Assembly (NCBI GenBank): GCA_964626665.1
Contig: CAZVGK010000008.1
Coordinates: 1 to 64,000, forward strand
Length of the DNA: 64,000 nucleotides
Reading direction: 5' to 3'
Origin: an uncultured Gemmatimonadota bacterium
GTDB taxonomy: Bacteria; SM23-81; DAOVCL01
The notes under the pieces are model-generated. The model was not told the origin of the DNA and made no database searches. It saw only the letters and a list, made by a program, of their open reading frames with translations. Below are positions 39,037-49,366 of the stretch, one piece after another. Position numbers and translations under genes: made by a program. The stretch's first letter is position 1. Every line of letters begins with the position of its first letter.

Positions 39037-40806
39037 ATGCCTCAAATTAAAAGAAGCCACACCTGCGGAAAACTGCGCCCCAAGGATGTGGGCAAAGAGG
39101 TGGTCCTCTGCGGTTGGGTGCACCACTGGAGAAACCATGGGGGGGTCATCTTTGTGGATTTAAGGGACAGGTATGGGATAACTCAGGTGATATTCAGGCC
39201 TTCTGACAATCCAACTATCCAATCCCAGGCGGCAAAGCTGAGAAATGAGTGGGTGGTCTGTGTGAAGGGAAAGGTCCTTGAACGTCCAGAGGGGATGGTT
39301 AACCCAAACTTAGAGACTGGTGGAATAGAGGTGGAGGGGGAAAAGATCGATGTTTTAAGCACCTCCCAAACCCCACCTTTTCTCATCTCCGATGAACCTG
39401 GCGCTACGGAGGACCTCCGGTTAAAATATAGGTATTTAGACTTAAGGAGGCCCCCCCTGCAGAGAAACCTCATCCTGCGTCACCGGGTTTACCAGGTCGC
39501 CAGGGAGTACCTGAACCGGGAGGGTTTCTTAGAGATAGAAACCCCCATCCTTACCAAAAGCACCCCAGAGGGGGCCAGGGATTATCTGGTCCCCAGCAGG
39601 GAGCACAAGGGCTGGTTCTATGCCCTTCCCCAATCCCCTCAGATGTATAAACAGATCCTTATGGTTGCCGGACTGGATAGATACTATCAGATAGCCAGAT
39701 GTTTCCGCGACGAGGATCTGCGGGCTGATCGCCAACCGGAGTTCACTCAGATCGACCTTGAACTCTCCTTTGTCGATGAGGAGGAGATCTTCTCCCTCAC
39801 TGAGGGCTTGATGGCCCACATCTTCCAGAAGACCTTGGGTATAGAGATTAAACGACCATTCCCCCGCATAAGCTACCCACAGGCGCTGGGTGAATATGGC
39901 ACGGATAAACCGGATATAAGGTTTGGGATAAAGATAAAGGAGCTCGGTGATCTCCTGCAGGAAACGGATTTCAGGATCTTCAAAGGGGTTTTGCAGGAAG
40001 GGGGTGTAGTAAGGGGGATAAACTCCCCGGGGTTGGCTTCTCTCTCCCGCAAGGGTTTGGATGATCTTTCCCAATTGGTGGAGAAGGTAGGGGCCAAGGG
40101 CTTGCTTTGGATAAAGGTCACCTCTCAGGGGGTAATATCTCCCCTCACCAAATTCATCTCGGCCGAGGAGATAGAGCGAATAAAGGAAAGGTTGCAGGCC
40201 AAGGAGGGGGACCTGTTCCTCATAGTTGCCGGGAAGGAGGAGGTAGTGGCCACATCGTTAGGAATACTTAGGCAGGAATTGGCCAAGAGGCTACATCTTA
40301 TCCCCGCAGGGAAATTCCGCTTCTGCTGGGTGGTTGATTTTCCCCTCTTTCACTACAACGAACAAGAGAAAAGGATCGAGTCCGAACACCACCCCTTCAC
40401 CGGGGTTCCCCCGGAAGATATCCCCCTCTTGGACTCCGATCCGCTCAAGACCAGGTCCCGCGCCTATGACCTGGTCTTAAATGGGGTGGAGATAGGGAGC
40501 GGTAGCATCAGGATTCACCAGAGGGATTTACAGCGTAAGATCTTCCAAATACTTGGCCTCACCCCCCAGGAAGTACAGAAGAAGTTTGGCTTCCTCTTAG
40601 AGGCCTTCCAATTTGGGGTCCCCCCCCATGGGGGGATCGCCCCGGGGCTGGACAGATTGCTTATGCTTATGGCTGGAGGGAAGTCCCTTAGGGAGGTGAT
40701 CGCCTTTCCCAAGACCACTGCTGCTTCCTCGCTTATGGTTGGCTCCCCTTCCCCGGTGGGAGAGGAGCAACTGAGGGAATTGGGGATAAAGATGGTAGGT
40801 AGTTGA
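39037..40806 (+). CDS. aspS: Aspartate-tRNA ligase
   Basis: RSHTCG, STPEGARDY, PQSPQ, FRDED, PPHGG; likely start 39037. Confidence 0.97.
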   Translation: MPQIKRSHTCGKLRPKDVGKEVVLCGWVHHWRNHGGVIFVDLRDRYGITQVIFRPSDNPTIQSQAAKLRNEWVVCVKGKVLERPEGMVNPNLETGGIEVEGEKIDVLSTSQTPPFLISDEPGATEDLRLKYRYLDLRRPPLQRNLILRHRVYQVAREYLNREGFLEIETPILTKSTPEGARDYLVPSREHKGWFYALPQSPQMYKQILMVAGLDRYYQIARCFRDEDLRADRQPEFTQIDLELSFVDEEEIFSLTEGLMAHIFQKTLGIEIKRPFPRISYPQALGEYGTDKPDIRFGIKIKELGDLLQETDFRIFKGVLQEGGVVRGINSPGLASLSRKGLDDLSQLVEKVGAKGLLWIKVTSQGVISPLTKFISAEEIERIKERLQAKEGDLFLIVAGKEEVVATSLGILRQELAKRLHLIPAGKFRFCWVVDFPLFHYNEQEKRIESEHHPFTGVPPEDIPLLDSDPLKTRSRAYDLVLNGVEIGSGSIRIHQRDLQRKIFQILGLTPQEVQKKFGFLLEAFQFGVPPHGGIAPGLDRLLMLMAGGKSLREVIAFPKTTAASSLMVGSPSPVGEEQLRELGIKMVGS

Positions 40807-41744
40807 AAACCATCAAACTCACCATCTCAGATGTGGAACCGGTCTCCATCTTCGGGCTCAACGAGGAGAACCTGAGGAGAATCGAGGAGGAGTTCTCCTC
40901 CCGCATAGTTGTGCGCGGGAGCGAGGTGACTATAAAGGGCAAAGAGGAGGAGGTAGAGAAGATAAGGCTTCTCCTCTTTGATCTAATCGACCAATCCCGC
41001 AAGGGACACTTCTGCACCCCAGATGATGTGCGCTACTTCCTGCAGAAGATAAAAAACGGGGAGGCCCCCCCAGAACCGCCCCCCCTTCTGGTCTCATCCC
41101 GCTTGGAGGGAATCAGGCCGAGAACCATTGGTCAAAGGGAATACATTGAGGCTATGGGCCAGAACGACATCGTCTTTTCCATTGGCCCGGCGGGAACAGG
41201 GAAAACCTACCTGGCTGTGGCTATGGCCGTCTCCTCCTTCAAGGAAAGGTTGGTGCAAAGGATCGTTCTGGTCAGGCCAGCCGTGGAGGCCGGGGAGAGC
41301 CTCGGTTTTCTACCTGGGGATTTTAAGGAGAAGGTAGACCCCTATCTCCGCCCCCTCTATGATGCCCTCTATGATATGCTCCCCCCCCAAAAGATGAGAA
41401 GATCCGTAGAAAATGGGGCAATAGAGATTGCCCCCCTGGCTTATATGAGGGGCAGAAACTTGAAGAGGGCCTTTGTTATACTTGATGAAGCCCAGAATAC
41501 CACCATCGCCCAGATGAAGATGTTCCTCACCCGGTTGGGGCCTCATTCCCGGGCCGTGATCACCGGGGACATAACCCAGATAGATCTGAGCAATCCCTCC
41601 TCCTCAGGGCTAATCCTTATCCAAAACATCCTGCAGGGTGTAGGAGGAATAAAATTCGTCTATCTCACGAAAAGCGATGTGGTCAGACATAGGTTGGTGC
41701 AGGAGATAATAAAGGCCTTTGACCAGTATGAAAAAAGCAAGTAA
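40803..41744 (+). CDS. phoH: PhoH-family ATPase
   Basis: GPAGTGKT, RPAVEAGE, DPYLRP, ILDEAQN. Confidence 0.95.
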   Translation: MKTIKLTISDVEPVSIFGLNEENLRRIEEEFSSRIVVRGSEVTIKGKEEEVEKIRLLLFDLIDQSRKGHFCTPDDVRYFLQKIKNGEAPPEPPPLLVSSRLEGIRPRTIGQREYIEAMGQNDIVFSIGPAGTGKTYLAVAMAVSSFKERLVQRIVLVRPAVEAGESLGFLPGDFKEKVDPYLRPLYDALYDMLPPQKMRRSVENGAIEIAPLAYMRGRNLKRAFVILDEAQNTTIAQMKMFLTRLGPHSRAVITGDITQIDLSNPSSSGLILIQNILQGVGGIKFVYLTKSDVVRHRLVQEIIKAFDQYEKSK

Positions 41745-43911
41745 GCCAACCACCAAACTTCCCCCCTGGAAACGGGCAAAATGGCTCTACCGGATCATCT
41801 TAATCCTGATCACAGCAGCCATCATCTCCACCCTCTTTCCCCACTCCCCCCTTTACCAACCCATCGATATGCCCAAGTTAGGGGATATCTCCCGGGAGGA
41901 TGTCATTGCCCCCTTCACCTTCCCCATCCTGAAGAGCGATCAGGAATTGGCCAAGGAGACCGCGGAGGTAACCACCACCGCGCCCTTGGTCTTTGATCTC
42001 GATTCGAAGGTCACACAAGGCAAACTCAACCAATTGAAGGAATTCTTTCAAAAGGTAAGGGAACAGGCTAACCTCCAGGATAGCCTGACGGCCCTGGTGC
42101 GGGATTATCCTCTCATCTCCCCGGAGGTCAGCGAGACCCTTCTCCAAAAGGGCAAAGGGGAAAAGATCGAAAAGGAGGTCAAAGACCTCCTGGGTTATCT
42201 ATTCTCTCAGGGAATTGTGGGTTCCAAAAAGGAAGCCCTGGGGGAAAAGCAAAGGTTGATAATCATCCGTAATCGGGGAGAGGAGAGGGAGATAACTCCG
42301 AAAGAGCTTTTGGATTTAAATGCGGCAAAAGAGGTGATCAAGAACAAGGCAAAGGACGATTTCTCCCAGGATGATTTCTCCGCCGCGGTAGTCGAGGAGA
42401 TCTCGGGAACATTCCTTCTCCCCAACCTTGCATTTAATGGGAAGGAGACCGCAAAGAGGGTTCAGGAGGCGATAGGTAAGATATCCCCCCAGAAGGGGTT
42501 GGTCCTCAAGAATGAGAGGATATTGGGGAGCCATGAGCGGGTAACCAGCGCCCATTTGGAGAAGCTCCGCTCCTTAGCCCTTGCCAAGTCACAAAGGGAG
42601 AGGGGGTTTTTCTCCTGGAGCTTGCCACTTGCCGGCCGCTTCCTCATCATTGCCCTGGTTATTGGCTTCCTCTTCTCTTACCTCTACCTCTTTCAAAGGA
42701 GGGCGTGGGACCAATTTGAAAAGCTTGTTCTCATTGCCATCCTCCTTGGCTTCATCTCCCTCTCTACCTACATCATCTGTGGCCGATTTCACCTCAGCCC
42801 CTACCTTGTTCCCGTTGCCCTGGCCTCGATGATCTTGGCCATCAGCCTCAATGCCCAAACGGGGATAATGGGTGGGGTGACCGTGGGGCTTCTCTTGGGG
42901 GTGCAGCAAAGCTTCGACTTCTCTTCAGCACTGGTGGCCATAGTAAGTGGGGCAGTTGCCGTCTACAGTGTGCTAAAGCTGAGGCAACGACACCAGTTCT
43001 ATCGGCCTATGCTCTATATTTCCGCCACCTACGTGCTAACCATATTTTTGGTGGAGACCCTCAAGTTTTCCCCCCTTCCCCACCGGATCGAGCTCTGCAG
43101 CTATGGGATTCTCAATGGGTTTCTCTCTCCCCTCCTGGCTATGGGCTTTCTCCCCATCTTCGAGAGGCTCTTCGGGATAACCACCGACATCACCCTCCTG
43201 GAACTGTCCGATTTGAACAGGCCCATCCTGCGCAGGATGGCCATTGAAGCTCCGGGGACTTACCACCACAGCCTGGCAGTCGGCAACCTGGCCGAGGCCG
43301 CCGCCGAGGCTGTGGGGGCTAACTCCCTTCTGGCCAGGGTCAGTTCCTACTATCACGACATCGGAAAGTTGGTGAAACCCAACTATTTCGTGGAGAATCA
43401 AACCCAGGGGAGAAAGAACCCCCACCAAAAGCTTGCCCCCACAATGAGCAGTTTGGTCCTCCTCTCCCATGTGCGGGAAGGGGTGGAGGAAGCCAAGAGA
43501 GAGGGACTTCCCAAACCGATTATTGATGTAATTCAGCAACACCACGGCACTACCACTATGGACTTTTTCTATGAAAAGGCCAAACAGATGGGGGCAGATG
43601 AGACCGTAAGGGATAAATTCCGCTACCCAGGCCCCAAGCCAGAGACCAAGGAGACAGCCATCATAATGTTGGCCGATGCGGTGGAGGCGGCCTCGCGCAC
43701 CCTTACCGAAGCCACTCCCGCCCGTATCCGCGGGCTGGTCAAGAGGATCATCAATGAGAAGTTCTCCCTTGGGGAGTTGGACAATTGCGAGATCACCCTG
43801 AGAGATCTCCATTTAATAGAGGATAGTTTCGTCAGGGTTCTCACCGGTATGTTTCATCCGCGGGTGGAGTATCCTTCGCCAGCAGAGGCAAAATCAGGGG
43901 AGAAGGCCTGA
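41719..43911 (+). CDS. 7TM-HD (HDIG) phosphohydrolase, PgpH-like
   Basis: APGTYHHS, YYHDIGK, QHHGT, MLAD. Confidence 0.9.
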   Translation: MTSMKKASKPTTKLPPWKRAKWLYRIILILITAAIISTLFPHSPLYQPIDMPKLGDISREDVIAPFTFPILKSDQELAKETAEVTTTAPLVFDLDSKVTQGKLNQLKEFFQKVREQANLQDSLTALVRDYPLISPEVSETLLQKGKGEKIEKEVKDLLGYLFSQGIVGSKKEALGEKQRLIIIRNRGEEREITPKELLDLNAAKEVIKNKAKDDFSQDDFSAAVVEEISGTFLLPNLAFNGKETAKRVQEAIGKISPQKGLVLKNERILGSHERVTSAHLEKLRSLALAKSQRERGFFSWSLPLAGRFLIIALVIGFLFSYLYLFQRRAWDQFEKLVLIAILLGFISLSTYIICGRFHLSPYLVPVALASMILAISLNAQTGIMGGVTVGLLLGVQQSFDFSSALVAIVSGAVAVYSVLKLRQRHQFYRPMLYISATYVLTIFLVETLKFSPLPHRIELCSYGILNGFLSPLLAMGFLPIFERLFGITTDITLLELSDLNRPILRRMAIEAPGTYHHSLAVGNLAEAAAEAVGANSLLARVSSYYHDIGKLVKPNYFVENQTQGRKNPHQKLAPTMSSLVLLSHVREGVEEAKREGLPKPIIDVIQQHHGTTTMDFFYEKAKQMGADETVRDKFRYPGPKPETKETAIIMLADAVEAASRTLTEATPARIRGLVKRIINEKFSLGELDNCEITLRDLHLIEDSFVRVLTGMFHPRVEYPSPAEAKSGEKA

Positions 43912-44342
43912 TGATGGTCTGGATAGAGAATATCCACCCTGAAATGGAGATAGAGCTAAAAGGGCTAAAGGGGATAGCCCAGAAAGCCCTTCCGCCAACC
44001 AATATGGATGGCCGTATATTAAACCTCATCCTCACCGATGATGTTTATATTACCAACTTGAACTATAGGTTTACGGGGAGAAATCGTCCCACCGATGTCC
44101 TCTCCTTCCCTTTTCCTGGGGAGAGGTTACCCACAGAGGAGAAGATTTGGGGGGAGGTTTACATCTCCTTAGACCGGGCGGCGGAACAGGTCAAAGACTA
44201 TAGGGTATGTCTAAAAGAAGAGGTAAAGAGATTGGTTGTCCACGGAATCCTGCACCTTTTGGGTTATGACCATCGGACGGAAGAGGAGGCGAAGGTTATG
44301 AGGGAAAAGGAAGACCAGCTCTTACAAGGGGAACCCCAATGA
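43911..44342 (+). CDS. ybeY: rRNA maturation endoribonuclease YbeY
   Basis: TDVLSF, HGILHLLGYDH. Confidence 0.95.
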   Translation: MMVWIENIHPEMEIELKGLKGIAQKALPPTNMDGRILNLILTDDVYITNLNYRFTGRNRPTDVLSFPFPGERLPTEEKIWGEVYISLDRAAEQVKDYRVCLKEEVKRLVVHGILHLLGYDHRTEEEAKVMREKEDQLLQGEPQ

Positions 44343-45616
44343 CAGGGATCGTCCCCTTACTCCTCTTCCTTCTCTTCCTGGTCATTTTGGCCCTGGTTAA
44401 CTACTCCCTTTCCCTCTTCAGCCATCTCACGCCGGAGAGGGTAGAACGCATCTGGGGAGAGTCGAGCCGAGAGGCCAAAAGGTTGAAAGACCTTATCAAT
44501 CTATCAGGGAAGCTCATCTTGGGTATGGAGGGATTGAGGCTTTTCTCCTATTCTGGGGGAATAGCTGGTTTCCTCCTCTTCCTCCTGCAGACCTTTGGCA
44601 GTTCCCCCGGGGCCTGGGTGGGGGGGGTTTTAGGTGGGTGGGCAATCCTTTACCTATTAGGATGGATGACCCCTAAGTTCATTGCCTCAGCAACGAGAGA
44701 CTATCCTTCTAAGCTTGGTTATCTCTGGCTCACCTTCTTCGGAGACTTCTCTCAGGTTTTCACCTTCTCCGTCGGCCTCCCTTTTCTTAAGGCCATAAAA
44801 AGGAGGGAGGAGGGGCTCCTCTCCACCTTAGAGGAACTTCCTTCCCTCAAGGAGGAAGGGAGGGAGATCGAGGAATTGGAGGAGGAGGAGAGAGAGATGA
44901 TCCAAGGGATCTTCGAGTTTGCCGATACTACCGTGAAAGAGGTTATGGTGCCTCGCATAGATGTGATCTCGGCCAACCTCGAGAACAGCGTTGAGGAGGT
45001 CTTAGAGCTAATCGTAAAATATGGCCATTCCAGGATCCCTCTATATGACAGGAAGATAGATAACATAGTGGGCATTATCTATGCCAAGGATCTGCTCCAA
45101 AACCTCTATCAGAAAGGTAAGGACTTCCAGCTGAGGAAGGTTGCCCGCAAGGCCTATTTCGTGCCAGAGAGCAAAGGGATTAACGAGCTTTTGCGCGAGT
45201 TCAAAAAAAAGAAGATGCATATGGCCGTAGTGGTCGATGAGTATGGGGGCACAGCAGGCTTAGTCACCCTGGAGGACCTGTTGGAGGAAATTGTCGGGGA
45301 GATCCAGGATGAATATGATAGAGAGGAGCAATTGGTTACCCCTCTGACGGAGGGAACCTTCGCCGTGGGAGCTATGGTGAGCATCGATGATCTCAATGAG
45401 CAACTGGAGATCGACCTTCCTACGGAGGATTATGAGACCTTAGGAGGGTTTCTCTACGATCTGGCGGACAGCATCCCCCAGGAGGGGACCCAACTTGCAT
45501 ACGAGGGGATCAAGTTTTTGATCAAGGAGGTCAAAGGCCAAAGGATCACTAAGGTTGAGTTGCAACTTCCCTCCACAAAAATTGAAAAGAAAAATCTTGA
45601 CAAGGGAAATAATTAG
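44339..45616 (+). CDS. Hemolysin/CNNM-type CBS-CorC protein
   Basis: EVMVPR, HSRIP, VVDEYGGTAGLVTLEDLLEEIVGEI. Confidence 0.9.
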   Translation: MTGIVPLLLFLLFLVILALVNYSLSLFSHLTPERVERIWGESSREAKRLKDLINLSGKLILGMEGLRLFSYSGGIAGFLLFLLQTFGSSPGAWVGGVLGGWAILYLLGWMTPKFIASATRDYPSKLGYLWLTFFGDFSQVFTFSVGLPFLKAIKRREEGLLSTLEELPSLKEEGREIEELEEEEREMIQGIFEFADTTVKEVMVPRIDVISANLENSVEEVLELIVKYGHSRIPLYDRKIDNIVGIIYAKDLLQNLYQKGKDFQLRKVARKAYFVPESKGINELLREFKKKKMHMAVVVDEYGGTAGLVTLEDLLEEIVGEIQDEYDREEQLVTPLTEGTFAVGAMVSIDDLNEQLEIDLPTEDYETLGGFLYDLADSIPQEGTQLAYEGIKFLIKEVKGQRITKVELQLPSTKIEKKNLDKGNN

Positions 45617-45625
45617 CCTTATATT
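45597..45625 (+). promoter_or_regulatory. sigma70 promoter of tRNA gene
   Basis: TTGACA-17bp-TATATT. Confidence 0.75.
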
Positions 45626-45633
45626 TGGATAAT

Positions 45634-45710
<77 letters not shown>

Positions 45711-45715
45711 AATTA

Positions 45716-45741
45716 GGGGCTCGGAAGAGCCCCTTTTTTTT
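45716..45741 (+). terminator. Intrinsic terminator
   Basis: GGGGCTC-ggaa-GAGCCCC-TTTTTTTT. Confidence 0.85.
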
Positions 45742-45904
45742 GTGCCCAGCAGTAAGATTTACATCAACTGCTCAGCATTTCACCCTCCAAGAAGCTTCCT
45801 TCTTGGCGAAGGGAGAATTTACCTTGAACTGAGGGCTGAAATTGATTATATTTAGGGATGACCGTGGCTCATCCTAAAATCTTTGGCAAAAACAAGAGGA
45901 GGAG

Positions 45905-48277
45905 ATGATGAAAATTTGGAAGATGCTACTCGTTTTCTTTCTGACAATATCCGTTCTCCCAGCAACCCTTTTTGGAGGTCAAAATGAGGATTTGGAGGCG
46001 GTGAGGAGGGCGATAAAGGAGAAAGGAGCCCACTGGCAGGCGGGCATCACTTCTCTTTCCAAGATGACCAGGGAGGAGGCCCGCAGGCAGTGTGGTGTTC
46101 TGGAGTTCCCTCAAGGTCCCAGAATCGGGATAAAGAAAGGGGTAACCGCGAAGATGTTTCCCGACTCCCTGGACTGGCGGAACTATAATACCTATGATTA
46201 TACTACCCCCATCAGAGATCAGGATGGTTGCGGCAGTTGTTGGGCCTTTGGAGGATTGGCCACTCTGGAGGGAAGAATAAAGATCTTGTGTGACACTCCA
46301 GATACCGATGTGGACCTCTCCGAGCAGTATCTTCTCTCCTGCAGCCCAGGTGGCTGTAACGGATGGAACATGGAGCCTTTATTCGATTTTCTGCGGAACA
46401 ATGGGGTGACAGATGAAGCTTGTTTCCCCTATCAGGCGGTGGACACAATTCCCTGCTCAGATAAATGCTCGGATTGGGAATATAGGATGAAGAAGGTGAA
46501 AAGCTGGGCTTTAATTTCTCAGTCGGTTGATGCTATCAAGAGCTATCTGCAGGATGGACCATTGGCCGTTACTATGGTGGTCTATGAGGATTTCCACAAT
46601 TTCTATACGGGCGGGGTTTATGAGCATACCACTGGAGAATTTCTCGGTTACCATGCCATATCAATGGTAGGGTGGAATGATATGGATAGTTGCTGGATCT
46701 GCAAGAACAGTTGGGGCACGGATTGGGGAGAGGCAGGTGGTGCGGACACCGCAGGTTGGTTCAGGATCAAGATGGGGAAGAACGAGTGTGGCATAGAGAG
46801 TGGAGCCATCTGGTGCCAGATGGAGGATCTGGGGACACCATCACCGCCTACAGATATTTCCACCTCCTCCTTGGACCACAGTGTGCAATTGACCTGGAGT
46901 GATCCTGTAGTGGATATATATGGATTTCCTATAACGGTTGATTCAATTAAAATCTACAGGGAGGATCCAGGCGATCTAATAGCTACCGTTGCCGTCGGGA
47001 TGAAGACCTATACCGACGTAGGGTTGTCCAATGGAACGCACCCCTATTGGTTTCAAGGGGTAACCGGAACACTGTTTGGCCATAAGGTGGAAGTCGCCGG
47101 ATGGTCTGGCCCCTTTGCCCTGGAGAAGGGGAACGTCAGCCCAGGAGTGGGGACAGAATCCACCGATTTTACCTTCTCCGCTCTTTATCATTCACCTGGT
47201 AATTACCCACCGGATCAGCAGCTTATCTACCTGGATAGCCTTCCCTATCAGATGTCGACAATAGACTATGACTATACAGACGGTTCCCTCTTTACCTTCG
47301 ACACAACCTTAGGGTTTGGTGTCCATAGTTATCATCTCCTCTTCTCCTCCCAGGGGGACACACTAAGGTTTCCAGAAACCGGTGAGTTGGAAGGGCCAGC
47401 GGCGGGGCAGATTGCCTTTTCAGATGATATGGAGAATGGGGTAGGTGGTTGGAGCCATACCCACATCAGGTCTGGCTACTTGGACGAATGGCATCTTACT
47501 ACGAGACGTCAACATAGCGGCGCTCAGAGCTGGTGGTGTGGGGACGAGGATTCAGTGGCATATTGTAACGACGATGATGCAGTCCTAATTACCCCTGAGA
47601 TAGAACTTGTACCCCTCTCCTACCTCACCTTCTGGCATCGGATAGATGCTGAGGATGAGGACCAGACTATGGCCTGGGACGGGGGAATAGTGGAGATAAC
47701 CACCGATGGAGGAAACCATTGGGAAGAGGTCTCTCCCCTTGACGGATACCCGTACAAGATAGAATCTAACTGGGCCAGTCCTTTTTCTGCCAATACACCC
47801 TGCTTCTCCGGCTATTCCGATTGGTCTCTGGCCCAGTTCAAGCTTGAGGGATACAATGGAACCGCTCAATTCAGGTTCCATTTCGGATCGGATGACTATG
47901 TAACCTACGAGGGTTGGTATGTTGACGATGTCACAGTCTACACTCTCCCTGGGGTGGGAGTCGATGGGCCCACTACCCTCAGCTCCCTTCCCAAAACTTG
48001 CCAACTCTTCCAGAACTATCCCAATCCATTTAATGCAAATACAGCTATCAGCTATCAGCTATCAGGTGTCAGGCCACTCCACACCACCCTAAAGATCTAC
48101 AACATCTTAGGCCAAGAGGTGAGGAAACTGGTGAATGGATACCAGAAACCTGGTTCTTACCGGATTATCTGGGACGGGCTAAATGACCAGGGTCGGACAG
48201 CAGGAAGTGGTATCTATTTCTATCGGCTGAGGGCACCGAATTATGTAAAAACAAGGAAGATGCTCCTACTGCGGTAG
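45905..48277 (+). CDS. Secreted papain-family (C1A) cysteine protease with accessory beta domains and FlgD-Ig/T9SS-type CTD
   Basis: DWRN, QDGCGSCWAF, GYHAI, KNSWG; LFQNYPNPFN. Confidence 0.9.
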   Translation: MMKIWKMLLVFFLTISVLPATLFGGQNEDLEAVRRAIKEKGAHWQAGITSLSKMTREEARRQCGVLEFPQGPRIGIKKGVTAKMFPDSLDWRNYNTYDYTTPIRDQDGCGSCWAFGGLATLEGRIKILCDTPDTDVDLSEQYLLSCSPGGCNGWNMEPLFDFLRNNGVTDEACFPYQAVDTIPCSDKCSDWEYRMKKVKSWALISQSVDAIKSYLQDGPLAVTMVVYEDFHNFYTGGVYEHTTGEFLGYHAISMVGWNDMDSCWICKNSWGTDWGEAGGADTAGWFRIKMGKNECGIESGAIWCQMEDLGTPSPPTDISTSSLDHSVQLTWSDPVVDIYGFPITVDSIKIYREDPGDLIATVAVGMKTYTDVGLSNGTHPYWFQGVTGTLFGHKVEVAGWSGPFALEKGNVSPGVGTESTDFTFSALYHSPGNYPPDQQLIYLDSLPYQMSTIDYDYTDGSLFTFDTTLGFGVHSYHLLFSSQGDTLRFPETGELEGPAAGQIAFSDDMENGVGGWSHTHIRSGYLDEWHLTTRRQHSGAQSWWCGDEDSVAYCNDDDAVLITPEIELVPLSYLTFWHRIDAEDEDQTMAWDGGIVEITTDGGNHWEEVSPLDGYPYKIESNWASPFSANTPCFSGYSDWSLAQFKLEGYNGTAQFRFHFGSDDYVTYEGWYVDDVTVYTLPGVGVDGPTTLSSLPKTCQLFQNYPNPFNANTAISYQLSGVRPLHTTLKIYNILGQEVRKLVNGYQKPGSYRIIWDGLNDQGRTAGSGIYFYRLRAPNYVKTRKMLLLR

Positions 48278-48287
48278 GTTCAACTTG

Positions 48288-48316
48288 AAAGGCCGCCTTT
48301 GGGCGGCCTTTTTTTT
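48288..48316 (+). terminator. Intrinsic terminator
   Basis: AAAGGCCGCC-tttg-GGCGGCCTTT-TTTTT. Confidence 0.85.
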
Positions 48317-48359
48317 GATAGAGCTCCCCTCTCCAAAGACAAATTGAGAAGGGGTTTAT

Positions 48360-48600
48360 AGGTCACAGCGCGGCAAGGCAGCAACCCAGAGGTCATCGTA
48401 GATAGTTACCCGTAGCTCGTTATCCCCGCACCGACTTGCTCTTTGTGGATGTTATCATCCCCAAAGTGTGCTGTCAGGAGTTACCTCCTGACAGCACAGG
48501 GGGGGGAACCTCAAAAATCTTATTCTACCCGACTTTAGTCGGGGTAACCTTTGCCGGGCTTTAGCCCGTATGGGGCCCCGCACTAAAGTGCGGTGAAAGT
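48360..48600. repeat. Composite palindromic intergenic element
   Basis: cacagcgcggcaaggcagcaa; tgtgctgtcaggag-ttac-ctcctgacagcaca; CTACCC...GCACTAAAGTGCGGT. Confidence 0.65.
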
Positions 48601-48650
48601 TGGCTGCTCAAGACAATAAGCCCGGGTAGGCAAAGAAACTTTTCCATATC

Positions 48651-48688
48651 ACCGCAAGTTTTCCCTTGCTTTAGGTGTCAATTAGTTA
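48651..48688 (+). promoter_or_regulatory. Putative ECF-sigma promoter 1
   Basis: ACCGCAAGTTTT...GTGTCAA, repeated at 49313. Confidence 0.6.
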
Positions 48689-48730
48689 GATTGTATCTTC
48701 GGTTGGGGGGGACATGGTCTCAGGATATCT

Positions 48731-49306
48731 ATGAACGAAAATCAACTGATCCAGAAAATCGCTGCCGGAAATCACCTCGCATTCAAAACCTTGGTTGACC
48801 ACTATCAGGCTTTGGTGGTAAACACCTGTTACCACCTACTTGGGAATAGAGAAGATGCCGAGGATCTGGCTCAAGAGGTCTTTATTAAAGTGTACCAGGA
48901 AGCCAAGGGATTCCGTGGTGAATCGAAGATATCAACCTGGCTGTACCGCATTGCGGTAAACCTCTCCCTGAACTGGCGCCGCAAGCGGAAATGGGATCGA
49001 TTTTTAGATGTTTTCGCCTTCTGGAAGCAGCAAGAAGAGAGGAGTGCCTATCCCCTTGAGGCAGAGGCGAAAACCAGACCAGATAGGGTGATGGAAAGCA
49101 AGGAGAGGAACAGGATCTTAAAGAGGGCACTGGATGCCCTGCCGGAAAGGCAACGGGCGGCAATTACCTTGCACAAGTATCAGGGACTTTCCTATCAGGA
49201 GATCGCCGAGGTATTAGGCACATCTCTGGCCGCAGTGGAATCACTGATTCATCGCGCCAAGCTTAACCTGCAGAAGAAGCTGCTCCCCCTAATAGGTCGG
49301 ATTTAA
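48731..49306 (+). CDS. ECF RNA polymerase sigma factor
   Basis: DAEDLAQEVF, STWLYRIAVN, LSYQEIAEVLG. Confidence 0.95.
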   Translation: MNENQLIQKIAAGNHLAFKTLVDHYQALVVNTCYHLLGNREDAEDLAQEVFIKVYQEAKGFRGESKISTWLYRIAVNLSLNWRRKRKWDRFLDVFAFWKQQEERSAYPLEAEAKTRPDRVMESKERNRILKRALDALPERQRAAITLHKYQGLSYQEIAEVLGTSLAAVESLIHRAKLNLQKKLLPLIGRI

Positions 49307-49312
49307 AGATAA

Positions 49313-49349
49313 ACCGCAAGTTTTGACTGGCAAGAGTGTCAAATAAGTT
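49313..49349 (+). promoter_or_regulatory. Putative ECF-sigma promoter 2
   Basis: ACCGCAAGTTTT...GTGTCAA upstream of anti-sigma. Confidence 0.6.
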
Positions 49350-49366
49350 GAAAGGATGAGGAGAAG

